Shown one piece after another: positions 1 through 8,772 of a stretch of 64,000 bases of DNA (position 1 is its first letter; each line of letters opens with the position of its first letter). Made by a program: the position numbers and the translations under genes. Under the pieces are notes generated by a model. That model ran no database searches. It was not told the DNA's origin and worked only from the letters and a program-made list of their open reading frames with translations. The stretch is from Actinomycetota bacterium (GTDB lineage Bacteria > Actinomycetota > Actinomycetes > Mycobacteriales > SCTD01), in NCBI GenBank assembly GCA_019348355.1, contig JAHWJP010000001.1, forward strand, positions 12,752 through 76,751, given 5' to 3'.

Positions 1-96
1 GCGCGCCATCTTGTCGGCCCAGGCTTTCGGGTCGTCCCCGAGCGTGTCGATCAGCACCCCGTAGACCGGATCGTGCTGGATGACCAGTTCGGGCAC
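1..96 (-). CDS. Hypothetical protein, N-terminal part only (runs off window)
   Basis: GGAGG RBS then GTG at 96; open frame MPELVIQHDPVYGVLIDTLGDDPKAWADKMAR to the window edge. Confidence 0.5.
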   Translation of the reverse strand, partial: MPELVIQHDPVYGVLIDTLGDDPKAWADKMAR

Positions 97-137
97 GGAC
101 GCCTCCAGGGCGAGGGGAACGGGTCGGCGCGGATGCG

Positions 138-551
138 TCAGACCAGGTCAGACGCCGTATGCCATCCACGGCGGAGGAACCCCGCTGCCATCGCGGCGGC
201 CGCCGACGTCGCGGCGAGGCAGGACAGGATGACGAAACGCTCGGCACCCCAGTACGGATTGTTCCGCCCTGTCAGCAGGCCGATCTCGTCGACGACGAGC
301 CCGGCGCCGATGCCGAACGGCACGCTCAGGTAGCGCTCGATGCCGCCTGAGCCGCCCAGAATCGCTGTTGCGCCGGCGGTCATCGCGATCGCGAGACCGG
401 GCAGGTAGTGGTGGATGCGCACATCATCGCTCCGAGGCAGACGAGGGCGCCCCCGCGCCAGCCCACGAAGGACCGGCATGCCCCGGCGCCGTTCCTGGAT
501 GTAGGTGATCTTGCGCGCCCCGGCCAGTGCCAGCGCAAAGCCGACGGTCAT
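138..551 (-). CDS. Integral membrane hypothetical protein; true start uncertain (frame stays open upstream)
   Basis: RIHHYLPGLA...FGIGAGLVVDE...NNPYW pattern with several hydrophobic segments, typical of actinobacterial membrane proteins. Confidence 0.6.
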   Translation of the reverse strand: MTVGFALALAGARKITYIQERRRGMPVLRGLARGRPRLPRSDDVRIHHYLPGLAIAMTAGATAILGGSGGIERYLSVPFGIGAGLVVDEIGLLTGRNNPYWGAERFVILSCLAATSAAAAMAAGFLRRGWHTASDLV

Positions 552-859
552 CCCGAAGCCGGCCTGCTCAGCCGGGCTGGACGCTCGATAGCCGTCGGCG
601 AGGGTCGAAGCCAGCTGTCGCCGGCCGGGCGGCCGGCTGGCGGACTCGCCGGCAAGTTTGGGGCGAAGACAGCGTCGGATGTCTCGCCGCGGTCATGAGC
701 GGTCACGCAGACACCGTCTCATGGGTGTGGTGCAGCCAGCAGGTAGGCATGTGTCGTGAGGTCCTTCGCTCGTCGGCACCCCCGGTGGACGGGCGCGTTG
801 CTGATCCCGGTGCTGCTGCTGACCGTCTGGGGCAGCAAGCTGTGGCAGCTCCAGGCATC

Positions 860-976
860 GTCGGAGTCACAGTCGACAGCGACGACCGAATGGCCCTGAC
901 GCGCCAGCGTCCGCGAGAGCACAGCCGCGATCGTGGACTTGCCCACGCCACCCTTACCGGACAGTCCGACCCGCAT
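860..976 (-). pseudogene. Truncated CooC/MinD/ParA-type P-loop ATPase
   Basis: MRVGLSGKGGVGKSTIAAVL...VVAVDCDSD (deviant Walker A); similarity is lost after ~40 aa. Confidence 0.65.
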
Positions 977-1126
977 GGGGCCAGTGTCCACCATGATCAC
1001 CAACCGTGTTCTCCGGGGAGCCGACACGTCGACATCCACGTTCTGCCGACGGCGACGCGGAAGGACCGCATCGTCCGATGTGCGCGAGAGCGGATCACGA
1101 CGCGATCGTGATCTGATCGCCGCTGT

Positions 1127-1654
1127 TCAGTGTGTGTGTGCGTAGATCTTCTCCAGCTCGGAGAAGTCATGCTGGTCGGGCTGCATCCGTCTGTCCCGAG
1201 CGCCGCTGCCCAGGCAGGACTGCACGCCACCCCTGTGGTTCAGGCCAGCGACGTGGCCGAGCTCATGGCATGTCACGGCAAGTCGCGTCCCCGGGGTCAT
1301 CTCGCGGTTGGCGTTGAGAGCCACCTTGGCGGCCGTGATGTGATCGCCCGCGGTGTCAAGCGTCGTCAGACCGAGGTAGTTCCTCTGCAGGGGGCGCTCC
1401 CTAACTTCCACGCAGTCTGCCGCGACAGGGCAGTCAGCGACGACGATGAACTGGAAGTTTGGCGTTCGGTTCCAGTTCTCCGCTGCCTGGTGAACGGGGA
1501 TGCGCCCCTCGCTGCGGTCCAGCAGGTAGACGATCTTCGGCGTCTGGCCGTGGACCCAGTGCACATCGAGGGCATGCGTGGCCTCTCCCGGCAGTCCGGA
1601 CGCAACCAGCGCCAGTCCGGTCAGCGTCAACACGGTCACTCGCTGAAGTCTCAT
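1127..1654 (-). CDS. Secreted metzincin (matrixin-like) zinc metallopeptidase
   Basis: Signal peptide MRLQRVTVLTLTGLALVASG; HELGHVAGLNH fits HExxHxxGxxH. Confidence 0.75.
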   Translation of the reverse strand: MRLQRVTVLTLTGLALVASGLPGEATHALDVHWVHGQTPKIVYLLDRSEGRIPVHQAAENWNRTPNFQFIVVADCPVAADCVEVRERPLQRNYLGLTTLDTAGDHITAAKVALNANREMTPGTRLAVTCHELGHVAGLNHRGGVQSCLGSGARDRRMQPDQHDFSELEKIYAHTH

Positions 1655-2040
1655 GTTGCTGGTTCTCGGCCTGGATCGGGACAACCTTGACTCTTCCTGA
1701 CACATCAGACATTGCGGAACCTCGACCAGCACGCTTCACAGCGCCGACGAAAGCACGCGCGGTCGCACAACGCGCTCCGGTCCCCCACCGTCATCCTCGG
1801 CGGCGGTATTGTCTGCACGACGCCCAGGTATGGAGGACCCGTTGCGCCCAGCCGCTCACCTGGCGGTCGCGCTGGCCGGCGCCCTGGACGCCCTGCACCC
1901 GCACGGCGAGGCCTGGGCGTCGTCCTGGACTTGCTCCGGATGTCGAGGGGCTGCTGGGCAAGGTTGCGTAGTCGCCGGGCAAGACTCCCGAGCGGTCACA
2001 GAGCCCGCCCCTGGGCTTTGGCGACGCCGCAGCTGGCTTC

Positions 2041-2478
2041 CTACGTCAGGACGAGGTCAACGGTGAGTCCGTGGGCATCGCGACCGAGTTCGTCAAGCCG
2101 GTCTTGAAGCTTTCCCAAGGCCTCGGCCAAGCCCTCTGGCGTCAACTCAGCATCCTCGTAGTCGACAATGCCGAGCCGCTCCGTTGCGAAGGCGATGCGG
2201 CACCAACCGTGTAGATCCAACTTCCGGAAGCGCGTGTTGAACTCCTCCGCCGGGCCGTCCTCGATCATGCGGCGCTCGTCGGGGGTGATGTCGGTGTACC
2301 ACCAGAGCGTCAGGACCTCGTCGGGCCGGCTGGCGCACTTGAACAGGTACTGACACCCGTTCTGCTCGATCACTCCACTGAGCGGCACGTCGTAGTAGCG
2401 GTACTGCTTGATCACACGGGCGTCGTGACTCGCCTGCCAGGGCGCAGCACCGTGCTCAACGTGGATCAAGTCCGACAT
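2041..2478 (-). CDS. Acidic hypothetical protein, possible immunity protein
   Basis: 145-aa ORF with GAGGAG RBS; ATG overlaps the upstream gene's stop (TGATG). Confidence 0.65.
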   Translation of the reverse strand: MSDLIHVEHGAAPWQASHDARVIKQYRYYDVPLSGVIEQNGCQYLFKCASRPDEVLTLWWYTDITPDERRMIEDGPAEEFNTRFRKLDLHGWCRIAFATERLGIVDYEDAELTPEGLAEALGKLQDRLDELGRDAHGLTVDLVLT

Positions 2479-2855
2479 CAGATCGCTCCTCTCTTGCAGA
2501 GCCTATCCAGCAACTCGGCCTGGCTGTCACCCCAATCCCCACCTGGCCAGAACACCGAGACGTGGATCTCGGACCCCCAGCCTGGGTGTGTTCGACAACG
2601 AAACCTGCCGTCCTGAGCGTTCCCGCCTGCACGTGTCTCACAGCGTCCTTACCCGGCTTGTAGTCCTCACGCCCGTAGGCGGTCCGTAGTGCCTCACGCG
2701 AAGTGAGCTCTCCCACAGCCAGGACACGTCGAGCTCGGGTGGCTGCTCAGTGGCCGTGGCCGGTTGGTGAACCTCCACGTCCCGTCAGCCCGTCGAGTGC
2801 CGTACTGACTGATGATCATGTCATCGGGGATGTCCTGCACCGGCACATCGGACAT
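2478..2855 (-). pseudogene. Frameshifted ~126-aa hypothetical protein, possible toxin domain
   Basis: Four protein-like segments join into one reading if three single bases are restored; ends in TGA overlapping the next ATG. Confidence 0.5.
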
Positions 2856-3572
2856 GGGGGCGATCTCCGTGCGGTCGGACCCTGCACCGAAGTGTGGAGT
2901 CGGTGTTGGCCTACGTGGCCGCACCCGACAGTAAGCACATGTTGCGCGAGCAGGGATGCGACACCAGTGATGAGGCCGGCGGGCGACTCCCCAGCGGCGG
3001 CGCCACTTGGCGTCATGGCCGGTACCCGTCGGCCCGGTGCTCGCGGGTCAGCTGCTCAGACTCTCGATCGCGTTGCCGGCGCCGCCAAGCTGCGAAGGCC
3101 GCGCCGGCCGCCCCCGCGGCAATCAAGATGGGCAGCGCCGGCCCTGTCGTGGCACCGCTCTGGTCCGTGCGACGCCGACGGGCGATCATCAGCAGGAGGA
3201 GGGGAGTCAGCGAGGCGCTGGTGAGCAGGGCGGCGAACTCGGTAGACGTCTGCGTCTGCGGGAGCGTCGCTGGCATGCTTCGAGGGCTACGGCTGGTTGC
3301 GGGATCCGTCACCCGGTCTGGCGAGAGACCGCTGAGGATGCCTGACGCTCGATTTCGACAGCCAGGCGAGGAGCTCCGGCCAGGTCGGAGGCTCTTCCTC
3401 CTCGTGCCAGTTGCGCATGACCCGCAGGCCGCGACCGTGAGGGCGGTATCGGCGATCAGCCGACAGGAGATCACCGAGGACGATGTGCCCACTTCGTGCC
3501 CACCCGGGCTTCCGGTGCGGAGGCGGAAGCGCCGTGAGGCTGTTTCCGCTGGTCAGGGGCCTGAGAGCTGTG

Positions 3573-3645
3573 CTCCCCCGTCTGGACTTGAACCAGAAAC
3601 CCTGCGATTAACAGTCGCATGCTCTGCCAATTGAGCTACGGGGGA
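3573..3645 (-). tRNA. tRNA-Asn (GTT), CCA not encoded
   Basis: TCCCCCG/CGGGGGA acceptor stem, TAGCTCAATTGGCAGAGC D-arm, CTGTTAA anticodon loop, GGTTCAAGTCC T-arm. Confidence 0.97.
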
Positions 3646-3719
3646 TCGCACCGGCAGACCGGCTGCGGAGGGCAAGACTAGCGCACGGGACCGCACCGGA
3701 ACGACATGACAAGCCGCCC

Positions 3720-4913
3720 ATGATGACTGACACTGGCTGGGTGATGACCAGCGCGGAGCGGCTCTTGTCAGTCACTGCGGCGGCCGTACTCGTCGTCGCC
3801 ACGATCAGCGCAGGGACAGCCCAGACTGTCCCGACGGCAGCCGTGGTGGAGGCGGGTGACCCGGCGCCGGCCGTGGCGCCCGCGGTGCCCTCACTGTCGA
3901 CGGAAGCGGTCGCCCCACCTGCCCAGGCCGCGCCCCCGCCCGCGCCGGGAGTCCCCGCGCCCCCGGCCGCCCCTCCCCCCGCCCCGGAACAGGTCGCCCC
4001 CGCCGGACCCATCCCCGCCCCACCCGAGCCGCCGCAGGCCGGCTGCCCCGTGCGGAAGCGGCCGGGAGCCACCCCCTTCGTGGCCAAGCCGCTGCCGGCA
4101 CCGGCTGTGCCCGACGACGCGCTGCCCGCCGCGCTCCCCCCCGGTCCCAAGGCGGCCGATCTCGACGCCGTCAGCGGCAAGGGGATCTGGGTCACCAACT
4201 GGCCTGGCACCAAGCTCGACATCCCGGCCATCGTCGAGCGGACGAGACGCGCCGGACTGCAGAGCATCTGGGTCCGGACCGGCGGCTCGCGGCAGGGCTA
4301 CTACGGCGACCGCGTGCTGCCCAAGCTCGTCCCCGCCGCACACGCCGCCGGCTTGAAGGTGATCGCCTGGGACTTCCCGTTCCTGTCCGACCCGGTCCTG
4401 GATGCCGAGCGGGCCAAGGCCGCCCTCGACACCGGCATCGACGCGTTCGCCCCGGACGTGGAGACGAGCGCGGAAGGCACCCACGCGACGCCTCAGCGGG
4501 TGTCGCTCTACCTGTCGCTCGTGCGGTCCTACGCCGGCGAGCGGCCGGTGGCCGCAACCGTGCCGCGGCCGACGCCGCTGCGCCGAAAGTCCTTCCCCTA
4601 CGACGCGTTCCAGCCGTACGCCGATCTGTTCGTCCCGATGGTCTACTGGTCGTGCAACGAGCCGGGCGCGCTGGTCGAGCAGTCGCTGACCGAGCTCGGG
4701 CGGTGGCTGCCGGTGGCCCCGGTCGGTCAGGGCTACGACATGGGCACCGAGGGTGGGCGGGCCGGTCTGCCGACGCGGGCCGAGACGTGGCGCTTCCTCG
4801 ACGTCGCGAAGCGTGGCGGCGCTGTGGGCGCGAGCCTGTGGACGATCGAGAAGGTGGGCGACGGGCAGTTCGGCGCCCTGACCGACTACCCCTGGGACCA
4901 GCCCGCGGGATAG
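3720..4913 (+). CDS. Secreted protein with Pro/Ala-rich linker and putative glycoside-hydrolase-like barrel
   Basis: N-terminal hydrophobic segment, long PA-rich stretch, globular domain GKGIW...WVRTG...APDVE...FVPMVYW. Confidence 0.65.
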   Translation: MMTDTGWVMTSAERLLSVTAAAVLVVATISAGTAQTVPTAAVVEAGDPAPAVAPAVPSLSTEAVAPPAQAAPPPAPGVPAPPAAPPPAPEQVAPAGPIPAPPEPPQAGCPVRKRPGATPFVAKPLPAPAVPDDALPAALPPGPKAADLDAVSGKGIWVTNWPGTKLDIPAIVERTRRAGLQSIWVRTGGSRQGYYGDRVLPKLVPAAHAAGLKVIAWDFPFLSDPVLDAERAKAALDTGIDAFAPDVETSAEGTHATPQRVSLYLSLVRSYAGERPVAATVPRPTPLRRKSFPYDAFQPYADLFVPMVYWSCNEPGALVEQSLTELGRWLPVAPVGQGYDMGTEGGRAGLPTRAETWRFLDVAKRGGAVGASLWTIEKVGDGQFGALTDYPWDQPAG

Positions 4914-4983
4914 ATGGTGGACTGCGCCGCGGCGGGGTAGGGGCAGCACGAACATCCACTACTGCAAGCGCCTGGAGGCCATC

Positions 4984-5319
4984 ATGTTGAAGAAGCTCAC
5001 TTTTGCCGTCGGCTTCGGCGCCGGTTACGTCCTCGGCGCGAAGGCGGGCCAGGAGCGCTACCGGCAGATCGAGGACAAGTTCCGTGAGGTCGCCGGCATG
5101 CCGGCTGTCCAGTCCGCGACGGAGAACGTGAAGGACACCGCCACCGGCGTGGCCGAGACGGCGAAGCAGAAGGCCGACGAGCTCTCCGACAAGGCGAGCA
5201 AGAGCAAGGGCAAGGGCGCCAAGGACGACGAGGTGGTGGTCGTCGACACCGGCTACGGCTCCGCGCCGATGGCCGGCGCCGCAGCGAGCCCGACGGCTCC
5301 CGACGTCAGCCGCCCGTGA
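4984..5319 (+). CDS. YtxH-like small stress protein
   Basis: KLTFAVGFGAGYVLGAKAGQERYRQI motif; GGAGG RBS. Confidence 0.75.
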   Translation: MLKKLTFAVGFGAGYVLGAKAGQERYRQIEDKFREVAGMPAVQSATENVKDTATGVAETAKQKADELSDKASKSKGKGAKDDEVVVVDTGYGSAPMAGAAASPTAPDVSRP

Positions 5320-5747
5320 CCTCTCGCCTTCCGGACAAGCCTTCGGAGGCCGAGGCCGAGGGCATCCCTGATCCTGGCTTCTCCGACCCTGGGCAACTCG
5401 AGGCCGGCGACAGTGAGGCCGTCCTCGAGCCGCCGCACGACACCGCCGTGGCGGTGGACGACTTCGGGACGACGACGGCTGAGCAGTCCGACGGGGAGTC
5501 CCTCGACGGCCGTCTCGCTCGTGAGCAGGACGACGTGCTGGGCGAGGCGACGCTGGACGCGGACGAGAGTCCGGGGGCGGACACGCCGTTCGACGAGCGC
5601 GCCGGCCAGGGAGTCGGCCGCATCGTCGAACCCGACGAGGGCGCCCGCACCGACACCGAGAAGGACATGGTCGCCAGCGACGTGGGCACCGACCTCGGTG
5701 GTTACACGGCGGAGGAGTCGGCGATGCACCTCGAGCCGGAGGTCTGA
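5316..5747 (+). CDS. DUF5709-like acidic protein
   Basis: GESLDGRLARE...GRIVEPDEG...DVG.D.G...AEESAMH; GTGA overlap with previous gene. Confidence 0.75.
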   Translation: MTSRLPDKPSEAEAEGIPDPGFSDPGQLEAGDSEAVLEPPHDTAVAVDDFGTTTAEQSDGESLDGRLAREQDDVLGEATLDADESPGADTPFDERAGQGVGRIVEPDEGARTDTEKDMVASDVGTDLGGYTAEESAMHLEPEV

Positions 5748-5766
5748 CCCGGTTCGCACCGGGTAG
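5741..5766 (+). promoter_or_regulatory. Possible SigB/SigF-type promoter
   Basis: GGTCT-N15-GGGTAG just upstream of topoisomerase IB; a second GGGTAG at ~4935 precedes the YtxH-like gene. Confidence 0.35.
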
Positions 5767-5775
5767 GCGGGCGGC

Positions 5776-6840
5776 GTGGTGCGGCTCAAGCGTGTCTCCT
5801 GCTCCGGTCCGGGCATCCGCCGGGTCCGGCACGGCAAGGGCTTTCGTTACGTCGACGCCGCCGGTCAACCGGTGCGGGACGCCGATGTCCAGCAGCGGAT
5901 CCGCGAGCTGGTCCTGCCGCCTGCCTGGGAGGACGTCTGGATCTGTCCGGTTGCCTCCGGGCACATCCAGGCGACCGGCGTCGATGCGCGCGGCCGGCGG
6001 CAGTACCGCTACCACGATGCCTGGCGCGTCCAGCGTGATCTCGCCAAGCACGACCGCATCCTGGACTTCGCCGAGCGCCTGCCCGCAGCCCGGGAGCGGA
6101 TGCGGGCCGACCTCGTCGAGCCCGGGCTGAGTCGGCGGCGCGTCCTGGCCTGCGCCGTCCGTCTGCTCGACCTCGGCTTCTTCCGCATCGGCGGCGAGCA
6201 GTACGCGACTGAGAACCAGTCGTACGGTCTCGCGACGCTGCTCAAGCAGCACGTGACGATGGCAACGATCGCCTCGGGTGATCCGTGTGTCGTCTTCGAC
6301 TACACCGGCAAGAGCGGCAAGCTCTGGCACAAGGTGCTGGTGGAGCCCGAGGTGGGCGTCGTGGTGCGCCAGCTCAAGCAGCGACGCTCGGGCGGCCAGG
6401 AGCTGACGGCCTACCGCAGCCGACCCGGCCGCAGCGGCGTGTGGGTCGACGTCCGCAGTGGTGACATCAACGAGTACCTACGCGAGGTGACCGGCGGGGA
6501 CGACACGGCCAAGGACTTCCGCACGTGGTCAGCGACCGTCATGGTCGCCGTCGGCCTCGCGGTGTCGACCCACGCCACGAGCGAGAGCGCACGCAAGCGC
6601 GCCGTCACGTGGGTGGTGAAGGAGGTGGCCGAGCAGCTGGGCAACACTCCGGCGGTCTGCCGCGCCAGCTACATCGACCCGCGGATCGTCGACCTCTACC
6701 ACCACGGGGTCACCGTCGCTGCCGACCTCGAGGCGCTCGGAGCAGATGCGTCGTACGGTTCGCCGGCCTTTCAAGGGGCAATCGAAGCGGCCGTGCTGGC
6801 TCTGCTGCGTGAGCCGGCCGCAGCCCAGTTGGCCGGCTGA
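5776..6840 (+). CDS. Bacterial DNA topoisomerase IB (poxvirus-like)
   Basis: LPPAWEDVWIC, GHIQATGVDARGRRQYRYH, FFRIG, GKSGK, KDFRTW, LGNTPAVCRASYIDP (catalytic Tyr). Confidence 0.93.
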   Translation: MVRLKRVSCSGPGIRRVRHGKGFRYVDAAGQPVRDADVQQRIRELVLPPAWEDVWICPVASGHIQATGVDARGRRQYRYHDAWRVQRDLAKHDRILDFAERLPAARERMRADLVEPGLSRRRVLACAVRLLDLGFFRIGGEQYATENQSYGLATLLKQHVTMATIASGDPCVVFDYTGKSGKLWHKVLVEPEVGVVVRQLKQRRSGGQELTAYRSRPGRSGVWVDVRSGDINEYLREVTGGDDTAKDFRTWSATVMVAVGLAVSTHATSESARKRAVTWVVKEVAEQLGNTPAVCRASYIDPRIVDLYHHGVTVAADLEALGADASYGSPAFQGAIEAAVLALLREPAAAQLAG

Positions 6841-6899
6841 GCCCGTGTCACCGCCGGAACCTGCAGCGCACAAGCGAGCCGCCACGTACCGTTCTGCTC

Positions 6900-8156
6900 A
6901 TGAACCGTCGCCTTGCCGGCCTCGCCGCCGGCCTTGCGGTCCTGCTCGCCGGCCCGGCCCTGGCGGTCGGCACCGCCGGCCAGCAGACCTGGCACGCCGA
7001 CCAGGCAGGGCTGCCTGGTGCCCGGGCAGCCGGCCAGACGGGCTCGGGCGTGATGGTCGCTGTCCTCGACAGCTGGGTCGACGGCGCCCATCCCGACTTC
7101 GAGGGACGGGTGCTGCCGGGAGCCGACTGCCTGCAGGCGAGCTGCAAGCCCGGTCCGGCCGCCAGCGACGCCTGCGACCACGGCACGCATGTGGCCGGCA
7201 CCGTCGCCAGCTCCTCCTTCGGCGTGGCCCCCGGCGCCCAGATCCTGCCGGTCCGGGTGCTGAGCTTCAACCCGTCCTCCGGCCAGTGCGTGGGACGTCC
7301 GGACGACGTCGCCGCCGGGATCCGTTGGGCCGTCGAGAACGGCGCCCGCGTCATCAACCTCTCGCTCGGTCCGGACGTCCCCGGCCTGTCCGTCTCCTCG
7401 ACGATCCCCAGAGCCGTCGAGTTCGCCGCGCGAGCAGGCGTGCTCGTGGTGTTCTCCGCCGGCAACGCCAGCCTGCCGATCGCCGACTCCTATGGCGGCT
7501 CCGCGCTCATCGTGGCAGCGACCGGACCGAGCGGGGAGCTTGCGACCTACAGCCAGCGCGGTACCGGCGTGGACCTCGCCGCTCCGGGTGGGGACCCGCG
7601 CACCCCGAATGTCTGCACCCGGGAGGACTGCGTCACCTCGCTGTTCCCCGGCGGCCGCTACTCCGTCGCCGCGGGGACCTCGATGGCCGCGCCCCATGTC
7701 AGCGGGGTCGCCGCGCTGCTGTTCGGGCAGGACCCGACGCGAAGCCGCGACCAGGTGGTCGCCCGGCTGCTCGACACCGCCCGTCCGCTCGAGAACGCCG
7801 GCCGGGGAAGGGTCGACGCGCAGGCCGCTGTGGGTGCCAGCGTGGTTCCCGCCACCCAGCCTTCGAGCGCGCCGGCTCCGGTCGCCGTGCCGCCGCCCGC
7901 AGCGCCGGCGCCGGCTCCTGCGCCTGCGCCGCCCGTCGATGCAGAGCCCGCCCCGGCCGCCGCCCCGCCGGCTGCACCTGGGCAGCCGGTCCCGCTACCG
8001 GCCGAGCCGCTGCCCGCTGCGCAGCCGCCGGCCGAGGTTGCCGCACCAGCTCCCACCCCCCAGGCCCCGGTCCCCGCCGGCACTGCCCTGCTGGCCGGCG
8101 CGCTCGTGCTGGGCGCCGGTGTCGGCACGGTCGTCGCGGCCCGCTCGCGGCCCTGA
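6900..8156 (+). CDS. S8 subtilisin-like serine peptidase, membrane anchored
   Basis: VAVLDS, DHGTHVAG, GTSMAAPHV triad; signal peptide; Pro-rich stalk and C-terminal TM. Confidence 0.93.
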   Translation: MNRRLAGLAAGLAVLLAGPALAVGTAGQQTWHADQAGLPGARAAGQTGSGVMVAVLDSWVDGAHPDFEGRVLPGADCLQASCKPGPAASDACDHGTHVAGTVASSSFGVAPGAQILPVRVLSFNPSSGQCVGRPDDVAAGIRWAVENGARVINLSLGPDVPGLSVSSTIPRAVEFAARAGVLVVFSAGNASLPIADSYGGSALIVAATGPSGELATYSQRGTGVDLAAPGGDPRTPNVCTREDCVTSLFPGGRYSVAAGTSMAAPHVSGVAALLFGQDPTRSRDQVVARLLDTARPLENAGRGRVDAQAAVGASVVPATQPSSAPAPVAVPPPAAPAPAPAPAPPVDAEPAPAAAPPAAPGQPVPLPAEPLPAAQPPAEVAAPAPTPQAPVPAGTALLAGALVLGAGVGTVVAARSRP

Positions 8157-8169
8157 CGCGCGCGGCCCG

Positions 8170-8661
8170 TCAGCCGATGGTGCGCCGGGCATCCAACAGC
8201 AGTGCCTCGGCCTGCTCTCGCCGCTCCGCGTCCGCCGGATCGGTGTCGGGGTCGTAGACGACCTGCCAGTCCAGCAGCTCACGGCCAGGACGCCGGCGCC
8301 CCACGATGCGCACTCCCCCCGCCGGTTGCAATCGGTGATGGCGGCTCCAGCCGATGCTCGCCGTGACCTGACTGCGGACGACCTCGGGCAGCCCGCCGTC
8401 GTCGGCGAGCTCGACCTGCTGTTGCGAACCAGTCCCCGCAACGGGCGCGATACCGAAGACGATGAGCTGTGGCCGCTGCCAGCTGACCCGCTCGACGTCC
8501 GGCCAGTCGATTCGGGACCCACCGGGGAGCCGCAAGCCCAGATCGGTGGCGACGACCGCCTCGCCGGTCACCGTCAGCGCCCACGCCAGGCGGCGTTCCC
8601 CCGCCTCGAGCGACACATCACTGACTGCCGCAGGCAGCTTGCGACGACCGAAGCGGGACAT
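8170..8661 (-). CDS. Conserved actinobacterial hypothetical protein
   Basis: GERRLAWA...LPEVVRSQVTASI...GGVRIVGRR; TAGGCT -10 7 bp before ATG 8661. Confidence 0.7.
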   Translation of the reverse strand: MSRFGRRKLPAAVSDVSLEAGERRLAWALTVTGEAVVATDLGLRLPGGSRIDWPDVERVSWQRPQLIVFGIAPVAGTGSQQQVELADDGGLPEVVRSQVTASIGWSRHHRLQPAGGVRIVGRRRPGRELLDWQVVYDPDTDPADAERREQAEALLLDARRTIG

Positions 8662-8772
8662 GGCCTCGAGCCTAGGTGGGCAGCCCGAAGTCGGCTTCGG
8701 CGAGATCGACCGCGCCCAGCCGCGGCGGACGCTCCCCACCCGGGCCGGGTGCCCATCGGCGGGGAGCAGTGT

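Noticed and set aside
1093..1113. GATCACGA-N5-TCGTGATC palindrome sharing the family-2 repeat core
   Set aside because: Opposite arm order and short; more simply a terminator hairpin after the metallopeptidase gene
1809..2066. Short ORF MEDPLRPAAHLAVAL...
   Set aside because: No recognisable motif; probably a fragment or non-coding
3013..3492. 159-aa ORF with a membrane-anchor-like tail
   Set aside because: Mosaic-looking sequence with no credible start; at best a remnant
4835..4844. CTGTGGACG and similar hits inside coding regions (e.g. ~36524)
   Set aside because: Single, intragenic and explained by Leu-Trp-Thr codons
4192..6330. 712-aa - strand ORF
   Set aside because: Shadow of four recognisable + strand genes
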